Of a stretch of DNA of 64,000 nt, positions 57,467 through 64,000 are shown in pieces. The position numbers and the translations under genes were made by a program. This stretch comes from Rhodospirillales bacterium. GTDB taxonomy: Bacteria > Pseudomonadota > Alphaproteobacteria > Bin95. The stretch spans positions 1,952,894 through 2,016,893 of the forward strand of contig JAYQLI010000035.1 in assembly GCA_038143065.1 (NCBI GenBank). The letters run 5' to 3'. Positions within the stretch are counted from its first letter, which is position 1; each line of letters begins with the position of its first letter. The notes under the pieces were generated by a model, which was given only the letters and a program-made list of their open reading frames with translations, ran no database searches and was not told where the DNA came from.

Positions 57467-58461
57467 TTATATTGATATTGTTTTCCTGCTTTCTGCGGAT
57501 TGAATAATTGCCTCTAAGACATTTGTCGCATGCTCAATCTCTTCGGCACTAACGGGGAAACTATCTCCACCGGTAACGTCGTTACCAAAGCATTCGAGTG
57601 CGGCTTGAATGGTCGCCATCGCCGGGTAATCAAACCCGGGGTAACTAGACTGTGAGGTACCTTCTGCAATAGATGATATTTCTATTTTATCTTGGTCTCT
57701 AATCTCTACCCAACCACCAAGGCAATAGGCCGAAATGCGCCAGAGCGTGTTCGTCGCGGATAGGGTTGTCAAATGCCCGGTACAGCCATTCTCAAAATTC
57801 ATGCGAACTAGGTAGAGTCGTCAACATCAATTGGTGAAGCGACCCGTAGGCTTTGAACATTAACGTCTTTTATTCGCCCAAACATGTTGATGAACATGTC
57901 TAGCGCATGGATCCCCATCGAAGTCATACCGCCGGCTGGGCTCTCTTTTCGGCTATCGCGCCATAATCCACCCGCAGGTGCTAAATTAGAATCAAAGTGC
58001 CCATCAATATGGATGGGAGCCGCCAATTGCTTGCTATCTAGAATTTTCTTCATTTCTATTGAGTTTGGTGCAAACCGCCGATTGTGACCTATAGCAACCT
58101 TTAATCCCAGGGACTTGAAGGCATCTAAAGCTTGTTTTCCTTCTTTGCCGCTCAAGGTCCAAGGCTTTTCGCAGAAAACATGTTTTCCTGCCTCAGCTAC
58201 GGCCATTAATTGCTCAAAATGCTGGGTGTGGGGGGTTGCGATAACAACGACATCAATGGAGTCGTCGTTTAATGCATCTTCTAGACTGTCGGAAAGCGCT
58301 ATTTTACGATCTTCACAAAACGTATCTACTTTCGATGGTGTTCTTGTTACGGCCCTTTTAAATCGAAATGAGGCGCTGTCATCAACGGATGAGACCAAAA
58401 GTTGACCCCATCGACCTAAACCAACAATTGCTGCCCCGACCACATCACCCATTCTAAGCAC
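57467..58461 (-). CDS. Gfo/Idh/MocA family oxidoreductase (frameshift near 57811)
   Basis: GLGRWG, ATPHTQH, GKHVFCEKP, GHNRRF, GIHALD; one extra C joins the two ORFs. Confidence 0.88.
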
Positions 58462-58619
58462 CTTTCTTAAAAGAGCTTTCAGTATAACAAAGAAAATACC
58501 AAGAAGCCCACGACTGATTCATCTACACTAGAACTGAGTTTTACCTAACATTCATCGCTATTTGATGGGTTGTCTAAGCACTGGAAATCTAAAGCCCCCC
58601 AAAAATAGCTGAGACCTCT

Positions 58620-59330
58620 TCAGTGATTTAGATAAAGCTTAGTCATTACTTCTGGGTCTCTGAATGCCTCTGGAGGGCCGCTCGCAACAATCTGACCTCT
58701 ATTAATAACTACGGTGCGGTCCGCGACCTCTAAGGCGTGATGAGTATTTTGTTCAGATATTAAAACAGCGGTTCCTGCATCTCTGACTTTGCGAATAGCA
58801 TCAAATGTTCGGCCAACAGCCATTGGAGCAAGACCAAGTGATGGTTCATCAAGCATAATCAACTTTGGGGAACGCATCAGAGCTCGGCCTATAGCAAGCA
58901 TTTGCTGCTCTCCTCCTGAAAGTCGCCAGGCTTCAGACCGGCGCCGGGCCAATATCTCGGGAAATAAGGTCCAGATTTCTCCCATCCGAACTTTGGTGGC
59001 ATGCCAATTTCCATTGAAGACGGCCATCAGATTTTCTTCTACGCTTAGGCCGGGGAAAACCCGCCTTCCTTCTGGAACATAGCCAATGCCCAACAAGGCT
59101 ATCTCTGTTGGTTTCTGCGATGGAACAGGCTGACCTTCCCATGTTACTTGGCCAGAACTTATGGCCTCTAAACCCATTACCGCCCTTAATAGGCTGGACT
59201 TACCAGCGCCATTTGGCCCAAGTAATGCAAGTATTTCGCCGCTTCTAATCTTAAGGCTTATCGGGCCGCACCTTGGGGTTTCCGCGGGTCCGATAGTGGC
59301 CTGGTCAATATTGAGCAAGTCGCAGGTCAT
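58620..59330 (-). CDS. LivF-type ABC ATPase
   Basis: GPNGAGKS, YVPEGRRVF, LSGGEQQMLAIGRAL, DEPSLGLAP. Confidence 0.92.
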   Translation of the reverse strand: MTCDLLNIDQATIGPAETPRCGPISLKIRSGEILALLGPNGAGKSSLLRAVMGLEAISSGQVTWEGQPVPSQKPTEIALLGIGYVPEGRRVFPGLSVEENLMAVFNGNWHATKVRMGEIWTLFPEILARRRSEAWRLSGGEQQMLAIGRALMRSPKLIMLDEPSLGLAPMAVGRTFDAIRKVRDAGTAVLISEQNTHHALEVADRTVVINRGQIVASGPPEAFRDPEVMTKLYLNH

Positions 59331-60842
59331 TGCTCATGTCCTAAATCAATCGCTGTGCCTAGGTATGCAGAAACTACGACAGGGTTACGAACAACGTCTT
59401 TTGGTTTTCCATCAGCAATTATACGACCTTCTGAAAGGCACACGAGCCGATCAGCAAGATTAGCAACGAAAGGAACGTTGTGTTCCACTATAACCACAGC
59501 CGCAGTATTTGCTAATTTCCTGACTTCTTTGGCTAGTTTATTCCGTTCATCGGATGAGAGACCGGCAGCAGGTTCGTCTAGCAGAACGACCCCGTTGGCG
59601 TATTCACGCGCCCTGGTCATCTCAACAAAACGACGCTCGCTCTGCGAAAGGGATTTTACCAGGCGCCGGTCGTTGTTTTTGTAGCCCACCACCGCATAAT
59701 TACCGTCAACTGTTTCATCCTCAATTAATGCGGGTGTTTGAAAAGTTCGGCCAATTCGAACACCGAACACTAGTTCAATTTGACCAGAATCCGGTCGATC
59801 GATACCAGACAGCAGATTGAGAAGTGTTGACTTTCCCGCGCCGTTTGGACCGATAAGGCCTACAATTTCTCCCTTTTTAAGGTTCAGAGAAACGTTATTC
59901 ACAGCAGTTAAACCGCCAAAACTTCGGTAAAGTCCCAGCGATCGAAGCGGTATTTCATCGCTTATAGGAAATTTTTTGGCTTTCTTATCTGAGTATCTGA
60001 TAAGCGAAAATTTGGGGAAAAGGCCTGCTATGCCAGTAGGAAGAAATAAAATAGCTATAAGGAGAAGAAGGCCATAAAAAATCAAATAGGAATCTTCTAA
60101 AAATCGCAGGTATTCTGGCCCAAAAGTAACTGCAATCGAGGTTATTACAGCCGCTGTAGGACTATAACGCCCCCAATTAGAACCACTGCCAGAATAGCAG
60201 CCATTGTTTTAAATGACAGGATGTCTGGGGAAACAACTCCAACTGCGAGTGCGTGTATTGCCCCCCCAAACCACCGCACAGTCCACCCGCTAGCATGGCG
60301 AAAAGTCTTGTTTGTGGACCATTTATTCCAAAAGCTTTTGCTGCCAATGGCTGTGAACGCAATAGAGCTAGCTTTTCTTGCCCAGCGTATCGCTTAAATG
60401 ATGAATAAATGAATACGGCGATTAGTGTTGCGGATCCGGATAAGAACAATTTGCCTTGATCATCTAAGAGCCAATCTGGAGGGGTAGGACCGAGGAGCCC
60501 ATTAGCTCCACCAGTCAAGCTTTCCCAGTTAATAGCAACTAATACTACTCCTTCCGCCATAGCGAGTGTGGCAAGAGCAAAGTAGTGAGTTTCCAGCCTC
60601 GCAGCGGCGACCCCCATAGCCGCAATAATTAGACTGGCTATAAGAGCTGCCGCGGGAACTGCAACGGCGTAGGGCAAATCAAGTTTAAGCGCCAGAAGGA
60701 CAACAGCATATGCCCCTAGTCCCATCGCTGTTCCCGCGGCAAGCGATAGAGCTCCTGCAAGGCCAAATACAATTTGCCAACCTATGGCACCAGCTGCCAA
60801 AGCTAATGCTAATGTAAGCAAATGCAGGTCATATGGACTCAT
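59327..60842 (-). CDS. Fused LivM-type permease / LivG-type ATPase (frameshifts near 60264 and 60172)
   Basis: YFALATLA, LTGGANGL, PEYLRF, FLPTGI, then [28 protein letters not shown]; permease C-terminus and NBD share one uninterrupted ORF (59327-60085). Confidence 0.85.
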
Positions 60843-61712
60843 ACGCGGCGTCCTCTGACGTCTCCAGCTAAACCTTCTGGTCGGAAAACGAGCAGTGTTA
60901 GGAAAGCTAAATACAGAACACCTTCGGCTACAGCGTGAGAGAACAGTGCTGCGCCAACAGTTTCAAATAGCGCAATAGCAACTGCAATTAATGCAGTTGG
61001 AAAGATTCGACCCCATCCTGCGGCCGTTGCAGCGATGTAGGCCTTAAGAATGTAAATAGCTCCAACAGCAGGAGTGACATAATGTTGGGTGGATAAGATG
61101 GCTCCGGCCAATCCCGATAGAATTCCAGCAAAAACGAAGGCAAATATTGCTAGCTTTATAACAGGAAGCCCATGGGCAGCAGCTATTTCCGGATCCTCTG
61201 CGGCAGCGCGAAGCCGCATTCCAAATCGGCTTTTAAGTAGCAAAAGAGCGGTAAATGTGAAGGCAAATATTGCCATTCCTAAAGAGATTATGCCGTGGGC
61301 AGATAAATAAAGCCCATCAAGGCGCCATCCACCACTCAAAATAGCTGGCAAAGCTCGAGGCGCACCGCCAAAACCAACAGTTAAACTATTTTGTGCCACT
61401 ATTCCTAAGGCGATGGCGGCTATGAAAGTAGATTCTACTGGGCGCTGACGGAGAGGTGCCCATGCAATAGCGGCCACCTACAAGGCCTAAAGCTCCACCT
61501 ACAAGTGCTGCCACTCCAACAGCAAGGACTCCGGTCGCCCCAAATAATACTGCAGTTACCCCACCATAGGCTGCCACTGCGGCAACATCCCCATGAGCAA
61601 AATTAACTGCACCGGCAGCCCTAAGCGTTAGTGCAAAACCGAGCCCCAAGACGCCATATCCAGCTCCCAGAACAAGTCCATTAAAAAGAAGCTGAAAAGA
61701 AATTGCGTCCAA
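60839..61712 (-). CDS. LivH-type ABC permease (frameshift near 61479)
   Basis: NGLVLG..YG..GLGF, VNFAHG, G..LRAAAED, FRPEGL. Confidence 0.88.
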
Positions 61713-61733
61713 GCTAAAGCCTTATTTTTTGAG

Positions 61734-61752
61734 AGCCCTACATTTCAGGGCT
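61734..61752 (-). other. Stem-loop between the binding-protein gene and the first permease gene
   Basis: AGCCCT-N7-AGGGCT; typical position for an mRNA-stabilising hairpin. Confidence 0.4.
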
Positions 61753-61762
61753 AAACATTGGC

Positions 61763-62899
61763 TCAATCCACCCAAGCCCCGTCTTTGTATCGACGAACTA
61801 CCGTTGCATCGCGTGATGCGCCATCATAGCAAACGATGAGCGCCGAATGAGCCATATCTCCTTTTCCATCGCTGGAATAGTTCATGGCCGCACCGTTGTA
61901 AGAGTTTTTACTAAGCCAACTACGCATGCTCTCTGGCGATTGGGCGCCAGCGTCCATGGCCTCTGCGAACATACCTACGGCATCATATTCTGCGAGTGCG
62001 AACGCGTCGGGTTCAGAATCAAAGCGGGCGCGGTACGCGTCAGCAAAAACTATAGCGGCTCCTTTTGTTTCTGCGGCAGGGGCCGAACCTGATTCAGCAC
62101 AAACCCCCTTTAGCATTGAGGGCTCTAGCAAATCAGCAGTCGTAGGTTGATGCATTGCGGAACCGGCTACAATCGGTAGATCGAGGCCCAGTTCTTTTGC
62201 TTGTCGGATTGCAAGTGCTGTTGGGCCCGCATGTAAATGCAAGAGAAAGCCATCTGCACCGGCAGCTGCGGCCTTCATTAAAGCTGCTGAAAGGTCTTTG
62301 GCTGCAGGAGACAAGCCCTCTTCATAAACTGGAGCAACGCCTAGGTTTTTTAAATTTTCTTTAAGTACAGTGCGTCCGCTTTGGCCGTATGCGGTTGTCT
62401 GGAACAAAATTGCAGGGCGTTTCATACCCATTTGATCAATGGCATAAAGGGCGTGAGCGGCTTTTACCACGCTGTCTCCAGGGAAAAAGCGAAAAACGTT
62501 TGTGCTTCCCATTTCGGTAAGCTTCGCAGTTCCCGATATAGTTAGGATTGGCAAGTTTTCTCTATCTGCAAGCGGTAATAATGCCAGCATTTGGGAACCC
62601 AGTATTGGTCCTAATATCGCGGCAGGCTTGTTACCTTTAAGTGCTCTTCGAAATGCACTTACTGCCACATCTGGCGCAGTGGTTGTATCCTGAACATCTG
62701 CAACAAACGTTAAACCGTGCCGTTTGCTAGCATGCTCAGCTGCTAAAATGGCTCCGTTGCGCTGCGCTCCGCCTTCCAGCGCTAAAAAGCCTGTGATTGG
62801 AGCCAGTACAGGCACATAAACTTCTTTGGAAACTGCGGATCCGGTGAAGCCCGATAAACTGACAAAAAACGTCAAAATAGCAAAATAGGCGCGTTTCAC
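61763..62899 (-). CDS. LivK/PBP1-type periplasmic substrate-binding protein
   Basis: Signal peptide; APITG..A..G, ILGP, NVFRF, YG, YDAV patterns of HAAT-family binding proteins. Confidence 0.9.
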   Translation of the reverse strand: MKRAYFAILTFFVSLSGFTGSAVSKEVYVPVLAPITGFLALEGGAQRNGAILAAEHASKRHGLTFVADVQDTTTAPDVAVSAFRRALKGNKPAAILGPILGSQMLALLPLADRENLPILTISGTAKLTEMGSTNVFRFFPGDSVVKAAHALYAIDQMGMKRPAILFQTTAYGQSGRTVLKENLKNLGVAPVYEEGLSPAAKDLSAALMKAAAAGADGFLLHLHAGPTALAIRQAKELGLDLPIVAGSAMHQPTTADLLEPSMLKGVCAESGSAPAAETKGAAIVFADAYRARFDSEPDAFALAEYDAVGMFAEAMDAGAQSPESMRSWLSKNSYNGAAMNYSSDGKGDMAHSALIVCYDGASRDATVVRRYKDGAWVD

Positions 62900-62900
62900 G

Positions 62901-62990
62901 GCCGTTCTCCCTTCGCTGGCATGACCCAGAGCAGGTTCGACGGGTCCTTCTCAGCCGCAAGAGTTAGGTCTCGCGGCGCCCCAGTCGGCT
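62901..62990 (-). ncRNA. TPP riboswitch (THI element)
   Basis: Minus strand reads GCCGACUGGGGC-GCCGCGAGA-loop-UCUUGCGGC-UGAGAAGG-ACCC-GUCGAACCUGCUCUGG-GUCAUG-CCAGCGAAGGGAGAACGGC; it aligns by eye with the E. coli thiM aptamer (P2, P3, UGAGA, P4, P5, GCG). Confidence 0.92.
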
Positions 62991-62999
62991 CTCTTATAA

Positions 63000-63026
63000 A
63001 ATGTAGCGTAATTAATGATTGGTCAA
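63000..63026 (-). promoter_or_regulatory. Housekeeping-sigma promoter for the riboswitch leader
   Basis: TTGACCA-N12-GCTACATT resembles the Caulobacter sigma73 consensus; the implied TSS lies just before the aptamer. Confidence 0.55.
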
Positions 63027-63039
63027 TGCCATTAAAATA

Positions 63040-63067
63040 CTTGAACGGCTCTAACCGATCACCATAT
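63040..63067 (+). promoter_or_regulatory. RpoH (sigma32) promoter
   Basis: CTTGAAC-N13-CACCATAT upstream of a small heat-shock gene. Confidence 0.7.
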
Positions 63068-63072
63068 CCCTA

Positions 63073-63175
63073 CTGCTAGCAGGGTTTGCCCAAATGGGGA
63101 GCCTTTGCGGCATCAACTGGCCCAACTGGGCATTTGGCTAATTTTAAACATCGCTTTTAAGGAGGATGTGTTATG
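63073..63175 (+). ncRNA. ROSE-type RNA thermometer in the 5' UTR
   Basis: Two upstream hairpins, then ACAUC-G-CUU pairing with GGAGGAUGU (SD), with the ROSE UCGCU motif and bulged G. Confidence 0.75.
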
Positions 63176-63631
63176 CGTTCTATTGATTTTGCCCCACTTT
63201 ATCGTAGTGCCGTTGGATTTGACCGGCTTTTCAACATGTTTGAAAGCATGGACCGAGCAGACGATAGTGGTTACCCACCTTACAATATTGAGAAAACTCG
63301 TGATGACGGCTACCAGATAACTCTGGCCGTAGCTGGATTTGCGGAATCTGATTTATCGATTGAAGTAAAAGAAGATCAGCTCACCATTTCTGGGGGCATT
63401 GGACAGAGCCAAGACGAAAAGCGGGTTTTTCTACACAGAGGTATTGCATCCCGAGCTTTCCGGCGCGCGTGGAGATTGGCCGATCATGTTGAAGTGATTG
63501 GTGCCCGGCTCGAAAGAGGTCTCCTACACGTTGACCTGGAGCGGCGTGTACCAGAGGCTAAGAAGGCCCGCCAGATTAATATTTCTACTTCAAGCCTTTC
63601 AAAAACGATTGAAGCGGAAACCGTTAATTAA
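63173..63631 (+). CDS. ibpA: Small heat-shock protein (Hsp20/IbpA)
   Basis: DFAPLYRSAVGFDRL, YPPYNIE, AVAGF, FLHRGIA.RAF, PEAKKARQINI. Confidence 0.95.
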   Translation: MRSIDFAPLYRSAVGFDRLFNMFESMDRADDSGYPPYNIEKTRDDGYQITLAVAGFAESDLSIEVKEDQLTISGGIGQSQDEKRVFLHRGIASRAFRRAWRLADHVEVIGARLERGLLHVDLERRVPEAKKARQINISTSSLSKTIEAETVN

Positions 63632-63660
63632 CCTTTGGAACAGAATGCCAGAGTGAATGT

Positions 63661-63692
63661 GGGACCGTGCCATATATGCGCGGTCCCTTTTT
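63661..63692 (+). terminator. Rho-independent terminator after ibpA
   Basis: GGGACCGTGC-CATATAT-GCGCGGTCCC followed by TTTTT. Confidence 0.8.
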
Positions 63693-63699
63693 ATATTGC

Positions 63700-64000
63700 T
63701 CAAAGCGCCTCCGTCAGGGTGACTATGCCGTCACGCACTTCAAAGGCGCATTTTTCCAGAGAATCACCCAAGCATGGTCCATCGATACACAGGCCGGTAT
63801 CTGGCTCGAAGCTAGCACCATGGCTTGTGCAAAAAGATTTTGTTTTCCGCGATCAAAAAAACGATCTGGAACCCAATCTAGTGGAGTGCCTGCATGGGGG
63901 CATCGATTACGGTATACAATTGTCTCGTTTTGCCAACGCAGGACGATAAATTTCCGTACCCTGGCACCAATTTTGATTGTCACACCTCTGGCATCGTTTT
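63700..64000 (-). CDS. Rieske (2Fe-2S) ferredoxin-like protein (frameshift near 63833; start may lie beyond the window)
   Basis: NRCPHAGTPL, plus CTSHGASF..DTGLCIDGPC in the shifted frame. Confidence 0.85.

Overview
Origin-proximal core chromosome of an Alphaproteobacterium. Gene order and content resemble Rhodospirillales-like lineages; this is inferred from synteny, not from a database search. The window contains atpHAGDC, priA-tal-DUF484-xerC-ettA, scpBA-nagZ-SPOR-argS-dgt/erpA-xth, efp-epmB/epmA and murA. It also holds the typical alphaproteobacterial origin block dnaQ-coaE-aroE-maf | oriC (~45.6-46.2 kb) | hemE-hemJ-rho-mnmE-mnmG-rsmG-parA-parB, with two perfect parS palindromes inside mnmG. 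About 17 single-base frameshifts, mostly in homopolymers and including essential genes, point to an unpolished assembly rather than true pseudogenes. I saw no rRNA, tRNA, CRISPR array or mobile element. The best candidate for an undescribed system is a TPP (thiamin pyrophosphate) riboswitch at 62901-62990 (-). It sits directly on the start codon of a LIV/HAAT-type ABC transporter operon with a fused, truncated LivM-LivG subunit, suggesting a vitamin B1 or B1-precursor importer from a family I do not know to be linked to thiamin. Other observations: an iterated GATAYTTCC motif in oriC, a catalytically degenerate SuhB, an orphan OmpA/MotA/MotB-like module, and a sigma32 promoter plus ROSE thermometer ahead of a small heat-shock gene.
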